A DNA stretch of 64,000 nucleotides, from NCBI GenBank assembly GCA_002269645.1, contig NIVC01000065.1, positions 260,977 through 324,976 on the forward strand, read 5' to 3'. Both the position numbers and the translations under genes were made by a program. Of this stretch, positions 48,385-62,423 are shown piece by piece. The notes under the pieces are model-generated. The model ran no database searches and had not been told where the DNA came from. It was given only the letters and a program-made list of their open reading frames with translations. Source of the stretch: Macrostomum lignano (lineage: Eukaryota). Positions within the stretch are counted from its first letter, which is position 1. Each line of letters opens with the position of its first letter.

Positions 48385-51300
48385 CTAACCGCAAAAATCG
48401 GCCTCGAACATTAGTCGAACCTGTCGAAAGGCCAGCCGTTGAACGTCTCCGAAAATCATGTAGCTATAGTTACTCGTCTTGCTGAGTGGAAACAGCCCCG
48501 TTGGGTAGAAATCGTAGCAGCTGCTGAACCACCAGCCACCTCTGCCCCAGTTGTTGGAGCACGAGTTCTCATTGGCGTCGTTATCCCGATCCAAAGTTGA
48601 GAACTGCATGCCCTGGTGCTTGATTAGTGGATCGAATCCCATATTTGAGAAGCCAGCAGTTGTTGCCATTTCTGAGTACGTCATTCGATAATTTGTACTT
48701 GAATTTCCAACTCGAAATTCATTAAATTCTCCAAACAGTTCAGTGCCATTGAATAGTTTGAGCTCGATTCGCAGAGTGATTCCAAACTTGCTCAGCGCGT
48801 GCACCGCTTCTAGACCTGAGTGTAAAAGGCTTGAAATATCATCATATGCGTGTAGCATAGGTAGGGCACTATGGCAACGAGAGATTTATCGACTGAATCC
48901 TTCATTGCCCCCTGCCCGTGGCCGTCATCACTCCGATTAACCAGTTGGGTGGGATCAGAGCACAGAAAAAGGGGGCTAACGCCCCCCCCCATCCCGACTG
49001 TTGACAGTCCTTCGCTGCCCTTTCCTAGCAGCCAGTCTCACATTCTCCGCTTGGACATTTGGGCGGATATTTTGGCGACCCTCTCAGGCTATGGTGTTGA
49101 GAATTCAGAACACTTCATCTGTGATGTGCACGCAATCGAACCCTTTACTCAGGACAGGCTCACCTACCACAGGATAAACTCGGATCTTACCGACGTTTTC
49201 AGGCCCGAGAATCTCCGCCAGTTCGTCCACTATAACCCCTCGACTGCGCAGCGTGTTCACCATAAGTGACTCATATAGTGTATATCTTACATGTACACGT
49301 AATATTGGGGAGAGTCAGACATACAGAGCTACTTGATCTGTCAGACAACTTTGCCAACAATGAGACCGTTGGAAATGGCATGTCAGCTAAGAACTGTGGA
49401 CAGATAAAAGAAGGATGAAGGAAGAGAGTCAAAGTGGATAGATAATTAGCATAGTACAGGATTGTGGTCGGGTTTTAATACCAGGGTTCCTGGTAGAATT
49501 TTCTGGCCGGGTTCCGGATTAAGGTAAAGACCCTGTAGCTAGCTGTAGTTCCGCGGATCAAAGATCGCTCAAATCAGTTTTAAAAAGGGTTTGAACTAAC
49601 CGCATATTAATTTGAACTAACCGATCCAAAAATCTGTCTCGTCCCCGAAACCGTTCTCATACTCGGTCCAGTTTCGCTGGAAACTGACGCTTCCTCGGAT
49701 TCGTTGAAGCACAACGGTGTACTCTTTGCCGCCTCTGTACTTCACGTACTTGCAAGGTGTGCCGTTGCATTGGAGCTGGCGTCTCGATCGAGCTGAAATC
49801 GGTTTAGCTTCGCGTAGCACCTGCCAAGAGTGCTTTGGGTCGGTAGCTGGCGTGTGCAGACAGGTGTCATCTACTGTCGTCTCGTAGGTCCACTTGACGT
49901 GACGCCAAAAATAGATTGGGTCCGTGGTGATGGCGCACCTGAGCAGGTGAAAGTACATGTATTTTCCCCTTTATTAAAAATGAATTCGGTCGATTTTTAC
50001 AACAACCCGAGATGAATAAATGACAGCTGTGAACCTATGGTAGGTAAATCCAAGACAGATGTCTCACCGCAAGGCTGCACAGTCTGACCAGTTGCTGCAG
50101 TGCACTTGCACTTTAGCTAAGCTGCTGTTTTCTGAGATCAACAACGTTCCAATCTGATAGCGATTACTAAATTCCGAATCGACGACAGCTTTAGCTTGCC
50201 AAAGTCGCATAAACTCAACGGAGATGGGTCTGAGGTACTCCAGATGAGTTTTCACTGTGTTCAGAACAAAATCGTCGTGCAGCATAAGAGTCAGACGCAA
50301 GTAGTTTGTGCCTCGGAGTTTGTCTTTACGAAGAATCGTCTCTGCGATCGTTTTATCGTAGCATAACAACGGTTCAACTAGATAATGACCCCTCCTATCC
50401 AGCCTCTGGTAAACCTGGATGGCGCAGTTTTCCGACTCTAAAGTTTTCAGAGGTCGCAGTTGAGGACAAGTCGGCGGACGCGCAACGTCTCGACTTCCGC
50501 CGTTTGACATCGACAAGGTTTGATTTTGCACCATCAGTCGATAGGTGAATGTCGTGCTGGCATTGCTGGAGAGCCCCAGGAGTTTTGCCGACAGCAGGAC
50601 ACCCTCGATGGCTTCTAACTGATGGCTTCTGAGTCTGAGTTGGTTATAAAGTTAGGTAAGTTCGGTTTATACAACAGCTCTCCCATGTAAAATTTACATA
50701 AAGCTAGGTATTCTCTGTCGTTAACTCATCAGTAAGATTTCACAACAGCCTTAACCAATTTTTTGCGTTTTTCTATTCGTGCAAAAGCCATAAACCAATG
50801 TGTCTTTGTTGTCTACAACAGCAGGAATGAACCAACCAACAGTTCTTGTTTGAAAAGAGACTACGTGTGTACTCCTACAAGCTATGCCTCCTACTTTAGC
50901 CTTGATTGCGCCCGTGCCACTTGCTGCGTCTTACATTTCGTTGCATCCAACCTCTCTTCGACATCCCAGCCATAGAAATCCCACAGGCTGAGGCGGAGTC
51001 CACACAAAGTCCAATGCCACAATGACACTGGTTGGCAATCCGTCTTCCACGGTATTAACTTCGGTAATTCGTGCAGGGCTCAGCGTCCCCAAGTCCGGTC
51101 GGTTGACTTGACGAGACGCATGGGCAAGCAACTCGCTGTCGCTCAAAAGCACCGGCACGCTCAGGTAGGAGCGCCGCAGCACCGGGTCAAAACGCGGCGC
51201 CAATTCGTCAGGACTTGTCGTCACGCACATCAGCGGCTCCATCAGCAGTCGTTCGTCAGCCGAGTCGCGTCCCCGACCGAGATCCAGCACCGAGAATGGA

Positions 51301-51440
51301 CAGCCGTTGACGTGGCCTCTGGCTAGGAACTGTGCAGCGGCTGCAGCGGCTGCATCGGTTGCATCGGCTGTTGAAGTCAGCAATGATGCTGCACAGAACA
51401 GACTAGAAACGGTTAGAAAAAGTCGACAGGCGGCTGGCAT
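48385..51440 (-). CDS. Secreted fibrinogen-related domain (FReD) protein with two tandem unrecognised N-terminal domains, ~606 aa; exons 51440-50935, 50634-50068, 49938-49622, 48815-48385
   Basis: Signal-like N-terminus MPAACRLFLTVSSLFCAASLL; phase-consistent splicing; FReD motifs VLQRIRGSVSFQRNWTEYENGFG, FWIGLEAVH, FSTLDRDND and GGWWFSSC. Confidence 0.85.
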
Positions 51441-52504
51441 TTTGGCTACAAGATATTGAAAGCTAACCGGTCGAGGCCTCAAGATGTGTTTCGGTTCTAT
51501 ATCTACACCGAAAGTTTATGTTGCGACAAACATTATCTTGCTTTAGCATCTAGAAATGTTATGGATAACAAATCGACAGGTTTCGTTGTAGGCTGCATTG
51601 TACTTGTAATTTGGTTGGGTCACGCGCTAGGCTGCAGACACTTCAAACACTGTAATTGCTGGTTGTATTTGCTTGCTTTGAACCAGTGTCAGTAGAAGCA
51701 TGCCATATCAATCATATCGATAGATCATGAAATGATAAGCAGTAGCATTTTCTTTGTCGAGAGGGTCATAAAAAAGGTCCATCGCTTTATTCTTGATCGA
51801 TATACAGTAAAAAAACTTGTCTTATAATTTTTTGTTTTATCAATCACCTCTAAAGAACAAGCGCAGCAGAAATTGGATGGGTCGCAGAGGGGGACCAGGA
51901 TGCAGATTGGCTAGCTATATAACTAGACTCTCTTACATTTACTTAAATTTCAAAGGATCAAGGATATTGCAAGAATATTTTTAACATGTTAGTCAAGAGT
52001 ATTTTATGAGAGTCCTAACGTCCGTACGTAAAATTTTTAAAGCTCTCAGGAAAAGCAAATTGATTACTTCTGATTTGTTCAATCGTTAAAAAACACCTTT
52101 ACTGTCGGAGTCTCCAGAGAGCCAGAACATCGCAGACAGCTGTCGAACCGATCAAAGTGAACGAAAATTAATCCTAATTTACAGCGAGAATACAAAAGGA
52201 TTTTATCCACGAGCATAGAACTCTCCATCGACGGTGCTCAGAGCCTGCGGCACCAGAGAGAACTTCAGCAGGTGGCAGAGCCGGGCCTGTCGGTTGAAAA
52301 GCACCGCCAGGCAGCTGCTAGCGGCGGTGCTGCATCTTTGAATGCAGCCGGCGATATCCGGAATGGCTTCCGTTTAGTAGGTGGCCTTCGAGTAGGAGCT
52401 GCTCACCACCAGCTGGGGTTGGCTCGGGTTCGGGCGGTACGACGAGCGGCAGCCGTTGTCTGCGGAAGATGGACGAGCAATGAACATGCCACATTGATTT
52501 GGGG

Positions 52505-52885
52505 AGGTGGATGTTGGATTGCAGGGCGTGGATGTTGCATTGCAGGACGTAGATTTTGGATTTCAGGGCGTGGATGTTGGATTACAGGATGTGGATGTTG
52601 GATTGCAGGATGTGGATGTTGGATTGCAGGATATGGATGTTGGATTGCAGGACGTGGATGTTGGATTACAGGATGTGGATGTTGGATTACAGGATGTGGA
52701 TGTTGGATTACAGGATGTGGATGTTTGGATGCAGGATGTGGATGTTTGATTGCAGGATGTGGATGTTTGATTACAGGATGTGGATGTTGGATTACAGGAT
52801 GTGGATGTTTGATTGCAGGATGTGGATGTTGGATTGCAGGGCGTGGATGTTGGATTGCAGGGCGTGGATGTTGGATTGCAGGACG
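52505..52885. repeat. 21-bp minisatellite GGATGTGGATGTTGGATTGCA
   Basis: Directly visible, intron of gene A. Confidence 0.93.
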
Positions 52886-53441
52886 TGAATGCTAGGTTGT
52901 AGAATGTCTCAACGATTAATCGATAATTTTTATTTTCAATCGATTCAAATTCCGTAATCAACTGTCGGTAATGAATGAATTCCAATTCAAATTATACTGA
53001 GGTAATTTCTTAGAAAACAACTAGATCTCACTGGAGCCGTAGCGCATAGCGAAGACCGAGTTGCGCCACGCTCTACCGCAGTTAATCGAAGCATTGCCTT
53101 TGCACGGTGTGTTACATTGTTCGTCCACAGCCTGTCCATGGGATCCCTAGGACCGGCTGCAGAAGCAATGACTATAATACTGCACTCCGAAGTATGGGAA
53201 GCCGCCGAGAGAGCACACTTTGGCGCAGTAGTCTGGAGTCATTGCGATGCTGCTTATAGCCCATAGGTTGTTCGGCTGCAATTTAGTGAAGAAAATGGTC
53301 GTAAGTAGCAATGCAATTTAGTTAAAGAAGAAATGTAAATTTAGAAACATATTTTTAAATGCTATGTGCACGACATACTACTTACTAGCTTTCTGTATAA
53401 TTAGAAGAGGGTTGTAAATCTAAAAAACGATTTCATATCTC

Positions 53442-53737
53442 CTAGCGGCTGATTATTCCATTGGGGGCAGAAATCCAATTAGTGATGTAACCACGCTCTG
53501 GTCGCGGGATAGGGCAGGTGAACTTTTTCGAAAGTGCCTCCTGTCGCCGTGCACCCCCTACACAGAGCTGTTGAGACTCGGCCAGGTCTTCGACCAGGCC
53601 TGGAGACTCCCGCTCTGCTGCACCCCCTGCTGCCTTGGCTCCGTCTCCCCTGCCGCCACACTTGCCTTTCCGGAGCTCCCTGTTTTGATGGTTCATGCAA
53701 TAAATTGAGTCTTCGCAGTAAGCGACTATTTTTCGGC
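53442..53737 (-). pseudogene. Spliced-leader-capped retrocopy (SL fused to mRNA-like sequence)
   Basis: Minus strand 53722-53694 reads CTTACTGCGAAGACTCAATTTATTGCATG, matching the M. lignano SL as recalled. It is followed by AAC rather than GT, has no Sm site, and the SL ATG opens 84 codons. Confidence 0.7.
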
Positions 53738-54594
53738 TACTAGCCAAACGAACAAAAACCAGAATGCGCACTCTCTCTGGAGAGATTGATAACTATATAT
53801 TGCAATAATTTTAAATAAATGGGGTGGGTGCGGCTGAACATTATAATGGTGGCTGGGGCTGAAACGTACGTATACCAAAATCTCTGATATGAAAGTTACG
53901 CGCAGGTGAATGAAAAGTACATGTAAGCCATCTCCTAAACACTCCCTACCCCTCTCTGTGCCTCCCCCTCCACCCTATCTCTTCTGCTTTCCGCCCTATT
54001 CTTCGTGTACTTTCCCTGTCTATCCTCTTTTTTGTCTCTTTCTGCACTAGTTTCCTGCACTGCCCCCCTTTCTCTGCGTCTACTTACAGTATTTTATGCG
54101 CTCACCGTCACCCCATCCCTTCTCAAACTCCCAAACGGTGACGCAAGTCGTGTGACCCCTCCTTCCCCTCGATGATTCATCGATGACTCATCCCCCTCTC
54201 TTGCGCAAACTTTTCTCATGCTATTGTTCTTCTCCCCAAATTTCTCATGCGACACCCACCCCACCTCCGCTTCTATTGTTCTCGTTTTTGATTCTTTTGT
54301 TCTCTTTATCCCCACCAATTATCACATTTTCTCCGATTTTCTCTTTCTATTGTTCTCGTTTTCGCACCTAATTATCCCCTTTTCCCCAATGTTTGCTTTT
54401 CTATTGTTCTCGGTTCTCCCCAATTATCCCCGATTTCCAATTCCTTTGTTCTGGACCCCCGCCCCATTGTTCTCAATGTTTGCTTGCGCAACACTTTCGC
54501 GACCTCCCGCTGCGCCAATTATCCCCCACCCCACCTCCGGATTGCGCAATTCTCCCATTTCTCATATTGCTATGCCGTTCTCATACTTCTCATC

Positions 54595-55965
54595 CTGACT
54601 CATTCTGACGTCATTCTGCCGGCAGCCAATCAGAGAGAGGGAGTCACGGAAACGACCTTGGAGCGGCGGCTGGGGTGTCTATATAAGGAGGCGGTTTTCG
54701 GCATGAGAATCCTCAACTCTCGGGGTTCCGGTCTCCTCAGACTGTGCGTCTCCCCGTCCTTCTTTGGACTTGCCGTCAGACGTAGCTCTGACCTATTCGT
54801 CTGTAGGACGAGCCTCTGCCGGTCCACGGTCTGATACCGCCCAGTTACCTTAGCTCCCAAGTGAGCTCGCCTATCGGCCAGCGGTCTGATACCGCCCAGC
54901 ATCATCAGCATCGCCTGATCTACATCAGCGCCTCGTCGCTTCAGCGCATCGCCGCTTCACTGTCTGCCTGACTGCAGCCTACAGCCGCCCTCGGTCACTC
55001 TGCCGCTCTCTCTTTCTGTGCAGCTGCCGGTAAGTTCCTATTACTAATTTGTGCTCTAATCGCCTTTGCTTATCCGGGGTTTGCCTATTTTTGCCATTAC
55101 TTGATTAGAGAGCTGAGCCAATTGTGATACCGTAACTTTTGCTGTACTTTTACTCAATAGTGAAGCCGCCTACTTGCCTGATTATTTGCCTAAGGGCCTA
55201 ATTATTAACTATTAACTAACCTCATCATTATTCACTCTTCCACCATCATTTAACTCATGGCTTGCTAAGCCTTTCTCTCGGGTGGCAAAGCATAAGGAAG
55301 TTTGGGTAAGCTAATGGCCTCCTGTGAGTGCGTGCTGCGGGCCGTGTGTGCGTGCAGTAGAGGAATTAGCGAGTCTTGGCACAGAATGGCAGTAGGAAGG
55401 TTGCAACCCCATGCTGACGCGTCCCTTTGCCCTGAGAAATCTAAACTATAGACAGCACATGTTCGCCTCATACTACTCTTAGTAATCAAAGTCGCAAGTC
55501 CGCCTCGCTCACAGCCACAAAGGATCCCCTGCTGAGAAATCCTCCAGATTGAGCCCAGAGTTCCCGATCATGCCTCAAGCAGAGTCCCTGTACTCGGCTG
55601 CATGTGTCTCCCCTGTTAGCCTAAATCTCCTGGTAACCATCCCAGGCGGGGCTCTAGCCTCGAGAGGTCTGGTAGTAAGATCTAGGTGCGCCGGGTCACA
55701 TAGAGTGGTGGCAGCCATTCGGTCATACTATGACCGAGTGACCAACTATTGCACCTTGGCTACAGGTGGGGTCCATGTGGGTCCTTGGCCCTCTGGTCAC
55801 GAAGCGCTACCAAAGCTATCAATCATGTGGGCGGGACAGTCTGGTGCTGGAGGTCCGTCAGGTCATTGCCCGGTCATAGGCAGCCTACGGTCATTGCCCC
55901 CTCCGGTCATGCGTTCGTCTCTCTACGGAGCGGACAGGCGACAAGGGCGGTTACATCATTAGCAT
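54595..55965 (+). mobile_element. Decayed retroelement-like 5' end (LTR-type promoter, leader, eroded ORF)
   Basis: TGACGTCA 54606-54613, CCAAT 54626-54630, TATATAAG 54680-54687, pyrimidine-rich leader, GTAAGT donor at 55030, stop-riddled GC-rich ORF; family not recognised. Confidence 0.4.
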
Positions 55966-56009
55966 GATGTAACATAAGTGCGGTGATTCTTATTGACTCG
56001 TGATGATGA

Positions 56010-56725
56010 CTCCTAATGATACCTTTAATTATGACTGCTAATGATGACTCCTAATGGTAACTCCTAATGATAACTCTAATGGTAACTCCTAATGATGACT
56101 CCTAATGATAACTCCTAATGATAACTCCTAATGGTAACTCCTAATGGTAACTCCTAATGATGACTCCTAATGATAACTCCTAATGATAACTCCTAATGGT
56201 AACTCCTAATGATAACTCTAATGGTAACTCCTAATGATAACTCCTAATGGTAACTCCTAATGATACCTCTAATGGTAACTCCTAATGATAACTCCTAATG
56301 ATAACTCCTAATGGTAACTCCTAATGATAACTCTAATGGTAACTCCTAATGATAACTCTAATGATGACTCCTAATGGTAACTCCTAATGATAACTCTAAT
56401 GGTAACTCCTAATGATGACTCCTAATGATAACTTTAATGATGACTGCTAATGATAACTCTAATGATAACTCCTAATGATAACTCCTAATGATAACTCTAA
56501 TGGTAACTCCTAATGATGACTCCTAATGATAACTCCTAATGGTAACTCCTAATGATAACTCTAATGGTAACTCCTAATGATAACTCTAATGATGACTCCT
56601 AATGATAACTCTAATGGTAGCTCCTAATGATAAATCTAATGATAACTCCTAATGATAACTCCTAATGATAACTCCTAATAATCTCTAATTACAACTCTAA
56701 TGATAACTTATATGATAACTCCAAT
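56010..56725. repeat. 12-bp minisatellite TAACTCCTAATG(A/G)
   Basis: Directly visible. Confidence 0.93.
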
Positions 56726-56929
56726 TGATAAATGCTAATATTTTCTTGTTTCTTATTAGTAATTTGGTTTTTATACGTTCTACGACCATCAAATTATAAG
56801 CTAGGGATGCTCATCAGCGCTCTTGTGTGGTGCGGGGCAGTGGCTGTTTATCGCTCCTCTTGCTAGTATTTGCTACTGCAGTGGTTGTTCTGGGAGAATG
56901 GAAGACAAACTATGAGAGGGTGGTGGCCC

Positions 56930-57300
56930 AGCAACTGAGGATCTGGGAAGGCGGCGGTGGGAACCCAGCAACTGAGGATCTGGGAAGAGCAGCGGCGGTG
57001 GGAACCCAGCAACTGAGGAGCTGGGAAGAGCAGCGGCGGTGGGAACCCAGCAACTGAGGATCTGGGAAGAGCAGCGGCGGTGGGAACCCAGCAACTGAGG
57101 ATCTGGGAAGAGCAGCGGCGGTGGGAACCCAGCAACTGAGGATCTGGGAAGAGCAGCGGCGGTGGGAACCCAGCAACTGAGGATCTGGGAAGAGCAGCGG
57201 CGGTGGAAACCCAGCAACTGAGGATCTGGGAAGAGCAGCGGCGGTGGGAACCCAGCAACTAAGGATCTGGGAAGAGCAGCGGCGGTGGGAACCCTGGATC
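56930..57300. repeat. 41-bp minisatellite GGGAACCCAGCAACTGAGGATCTGGGAAGAGCAGCGGCGGT
   Basis: Directly visible. Confidence 0.95.
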
Positions 57301-57824
57301 TGGGAGGGCGGCGGATATGGCAGCTCCTGATTATCTGGTGCCTCAGATTAATCCAGGTAATGACAATAAATAAACTTACGTTGTACTCTCCCATCGTGGT
57401 GATGCCAACCAGGCCGAGGAGGTCCCGGTCGTCATCGTCAATAAAGCAGCCCAGGTAAGAATAAGAGTAGGATGTGTCGCCAGGCGCGAAGGCTGCGCCA
57501 AGAACTGCGATAAGACTCACAGCAAGCATTTTTGGACACTTTTTCTAGTACGTGAAAGCCTCTGCGCACAGAGTAGAGCTGGGGGGGGGGTTAAATTGCA
57601 GCGTAAAATTGCTAAAAAACGATTTAAATTTATAAAAATGGCTGACTTCTTCTATGCTGCTTCAATATGAATCTAATCTGCATGCACAGGCGTGTGCATA
57701 GGGAGAGAGAGAAAGAAGCAGCTGACCCATCAAGCAGCAGGTTTGGCAATGGGGGTGTTAGCTCAGTGCCCTTCCGCGCACGGATCTCACGCGTGTGCGT
57801 CAGCCGTCATCAGCGCTGAGCAGC

Positions 57825-57838
57825 GTCGCCATAGCAAC
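57825..57838. promoter_or_regulatory. RFX X-box-like motif GTCGCCATAGCAAC ~300 bp upstream of WSC gene A
   Basis: Fits the X-box consensus RYYNYY-WW-RRNRAC; function untested. Confidence 0.4.
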
Positions 57839-58208
57839 AATATGACTAAAAAACGTGAGATAAAAATTCACTGGCTGGCACCACAATGCCGGCAGTTTTT
57901 CGATGGGCAATGGTAAGTTTTTTTTGAAACAAGCATGGGGTTTAAAATAACCAAACGCTGTAAGCAGTTGTTTCAGTAGCAACATGACGCCTTACAGTTT
58001 TTTTTGGCTTTTAAAGGGCTTGATGGCATCCTTATTTGGACATGACGAATTTTAAAGTGCTACTCTATTAATAATAATTACTGTTTCTTTGATGAAAGTT
58101 ATCAACTTTTTTGAAATGTCTCATTTTTTTCTGGAAAGGTGCCAGTTTGCTTTGCGCTCGTAAAGGTGAACCAGTTTCTTTGAGGTGTCAGCCTCTTAGA
58201 AATGTGTC

Positions 58209-59423
<1,215 letters not shown>

Positions 59424-59984
59424 TTGGACTTGGAGCCAGAGATTCCTAATAACTTCAAAGAGAATAACAGTTCTTCAAAACATGGGAAATGTCTCCTACA
59501 AAACAGGCAGAATGCCATCTGACATTCTACTTTCAGAGTTGCCAGTTTTGAAATGCAAAAAACTTTCTCCAGTCGAATTCGCGGTCAGAAGGAAATAACA
59601 AAGAGCGGATGCGTGTTGTCAATGCCAATTATCAGAAAGCAGCTCAGCGGTGGCTTCAAGAACGGCATGATGCGTTTTATATTTGCACAAGACAGTTGCT
59701 GGAAAAACAGGAAAACAAGAGAAAAAATAAAACAAAGTAAGAAACCACATGATTTTGATTTTTGATCGGAAAATTGATTTTATTGATTTATGTGCGATAG
59801 TTCTAAAGGTAAAAACAGTTATTGATTTATTTCTGCAAACAAAATCTTTCAATTTTTTCTGTAGACTACGTGTAAAAAAAGAGGAAAAGCTATTCGGCAC
59901 TTTTCAAGTTTAAGTCGTTATTCAGGGTAAAAAAAAAGGTATGAAGAATTTTAATAGCTAATCAGATGGCTGCACAGCAATCCG

Positions 59985-60550
59985 CCTCACCCCTTTTCCT
60001 GGCCAATCAGCTGACCGCACAACTATCCGCCCCACCCCTTTTCCTGGCCAATCAGCTGACCGCACAACTATCCGCCCCACCCCCTTTTCCTGGCCAATCA
60101 GCTGACCGCACAACTATCCGCCCCACCCCCTTTTCCTGGCCAATCAGCTGACCGCACAACTATCCGCCCCACCCCCTTTTCCTGGCCAATCAGCTGACCG
60201 CACAACTCTTCCCCACCTCCTTTTTCTGGCCAATCAGCTGACCTCACAACTATCCACCCCACCTCCTTTTTCTGGCCAATCAGCTGACCGCACAACTATC
60301 CGCCCCACCCCCTTTTCCTGGCCAATCAGCTGACCGCACAACTATCCGCCCCACCCCCTTTTCCTGGCCAATCAGCTGACCGCACAACTATCCGCCCCAC
60401 CCCCTTTTCCTGGCCAATCAGCTGACCGCACAACTCTTCCCCACCTCCTTTTTCTGGCCAATCAGCTGACCTCACAACTATCCACCCCACCTCCTTTTTC
60501 TGGCCAATCAGCTGACCTCACAACTATCCGCCACACCCCCTTTATCGACC
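59985..60550. repeat. 45-46-bp minisatellite containing CCAAT, CAGCTG and CCGCCCC motifs
   Basis: Unit TGGCCAATCAGCTGACCGCACAACTATCCGCCCCACCCCCTTTTCC, ~12 copies. Confidence 0.95.
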
Positions 60551-61646
60551 AATCAGATAAGCGCAGATTAGATACAATAAAAGAAAGTAGACATGTTGCA
60601 TTTAGTATTTTCTCATTGCGTAGCCGGGTCGTTCTCAAATTCTGGGAGGAGTGAAAATGTTAACAATTTACCGAACATTTACTTTTGTTACTGGAAATAG
60701 CACATGTCGGACGTGCGACTATATATATACATATATATGCACAGCACAGACACTATAAGTTCATACATTATTTAATGTAGTTGATAGAATTCCTATCAGG
60801 AGCTTTGGTCGATGGACAAACCTGAAATTACTAGAAAAGCTCCAGCCTTCTTTGAGCAGCAAGCTGCGCTGCGAGCAAAATATATGATGCCTTAATAGTG
60901 CAACCTATTATAAAAGTGTAGTCAGGCTACAGCCTGAAGCAGCCACGCGTGTATAAGATGCGGAGGGATAATTTTTGCATAGGAGCTGCTAAGGTTGATG
61001 GAACTAGGGGAGGTGAGAGATTTAAAGCGAGGGACGGAAACCATGCGTAGTTCGATCATAAGTTTGATTATTGCATGGGTTCTGAGGACGCAACGAGAAG
61101 CAGACGAGAGCTCGCTTTTGATCATCAAAAGCTTGGGCGCCATTAGTACTGGTGTTTCAGTGTGCTTGTGCGCATTATGTCTCCTTATCATATTAAATAT
61201 GCATGTGCAGTGTCTTTTTTCGTTTTATGCGAAATATTAATTTTCACACATTTAACTTTTTTGTTTGTTTCTGTTTCCTGCATGCTCATTTGCATTTGTA
61301 CATCTCACACAACCTCATTTTTCTCAATTAACAGGTGGAATTTTTCTTAGACTAATTGCTATTTTAGTTAAGCTAGTAGATTTTTAGTAATTAATTAATT
61401 CAACTTTGTCTAAAAATTTTGTCTAGAATAACAAATAGATTCATTTATTGTCATACTTACGTTTTTTGTGGTTTTAGTAGCAGCTTCTAACTGAAATTGT
61501 CAAAAGAAATTTTTTTGTACTGTTGTTGGTCCGTGTACAAACTTTTTTTCAATAACAAAAAGTTGTGACCTAGCTTTGAGAACGACCCAGCCTTGCTATT
61601 TCAGATAGGTGGCCAATTAAGATTGTTAACAAAGGTCACTCATATC

Positions 61647-62338
61647 TCACTCGATCACGTAGAAATCTCCCACAGTGGCAGTGGTATTCAGAGCCTCCGG
61701 CACCAGAGCGAACCTCAGCCGGTAGCACAGCCGGGCCTGCTGGTTGAAGATCACAGCCTGGCAGGTTCTACCGGCGGAGTGGCACTTCAGAATGCAGTCG
61801 GTGGCTTCTGTGGCGGCCACGGCAGAGTAGGCGGCTTGGGTGAAGGTGGCGACTTCCACTTTCAGCTGGGGTCGGCTGGTCTCCAAACGGAAGTTCTTGC
61901 AGTTGTTGCCTGGAATGAGCAGAAGCAGCAGCTCAGTTCTGTCAGTGGTTCGTTGGCTAATCAAAGTTCAAGGCGGCAGTTCATGAGAGCAGCTAGGATC
62001 TCCAATCTCCATTCCCATTGATTACTCGAATTCTCTTGATCAGTAGTACTTGCAATTCCCGTTTAATGACGTTTTAATGAACTTTTATTACCGTAGTGCA
62101 TTGCGTAGACGGAGTTGCGGTCTTGACCACCGCAGACGGTCGAGGCATTTCCAGTGCAGGCCTGTGAGCAACCAGACTCAGGGGCCGAACCCTGCGATCC
62201 GTAGGACCAGCCGCAGAAGCAGAAGCCTCCGGCTTGCAAACCGAAATAGGCGAAGCCGCCCAGAGAGCAGATTCTGGCGCACATAATTAAGGTCATGGCG
62301 TCATTGTACACCCAACAATTGGCCGAATCAGGGCTCAC
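61647..62338 (-). CDS. WSC + PAN/apple-like gene B, exons 62338-62092 and 61909-61647; first exon not in window
   Basis: MTLIMCARICSLGGFAYFGLQAGGFCFCG...CGGQDRNSVY (WSC) spliced in phase 1 to NCKNF...CILKCHSAGRTCQAVIFNQQARLC; no stops. Confidence 0.8.
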
Positions 62339-62423
62339 CTGCAAAATTTATGTATGTCTGTCAATCAATGAATCTATCTACCTATCTATCTATCTACCTA
62401 TCTATCTATCTATGGGTATTTTG

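Larger units (their letters stand above)
52203..57529 (-). pseudogene. Signal peptide + WSC + PAN/apple-like gene A (216 codons) with two in-frame stops; exons 57529-57380, 53275-53032, 52459-52203
   Basis: YLGCFIDDDDRDL|...MTPDYCAKVCSLGGFPYFGVQYYSHCFCSRS*GS (TAG 53147-53149)...CIQRCSTAASSCLAVLFNRQARLC with TAA at 52374-52376; homologous to intact gene B. Confidence 0.8.

Noticed and set aside
48871-49269. 132-aa ORF in FReD intron 3, faintly like a LINE RT C-terminus
   Set aside because: Only a weak LTYHRINSDL resemblance, with no RT motifs; cannot support
53694-53737. Functional SL RNA gene
   Set aside because: No GT after the leader ATG and no Sm-binding site downstream
52111-53783. 11-bp inverted repeat TCTCCAGAGAG as transposon TIRs
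   Set aside because: No TSD, and it encloses ordinary exons; probably chance
56930-57300. CRISPR-like regular repeats (also 34660-35645, 59985-60550)
   Set aside because: Head-to-tail repeats without unique spacers, no cas genes, eukaryotic context
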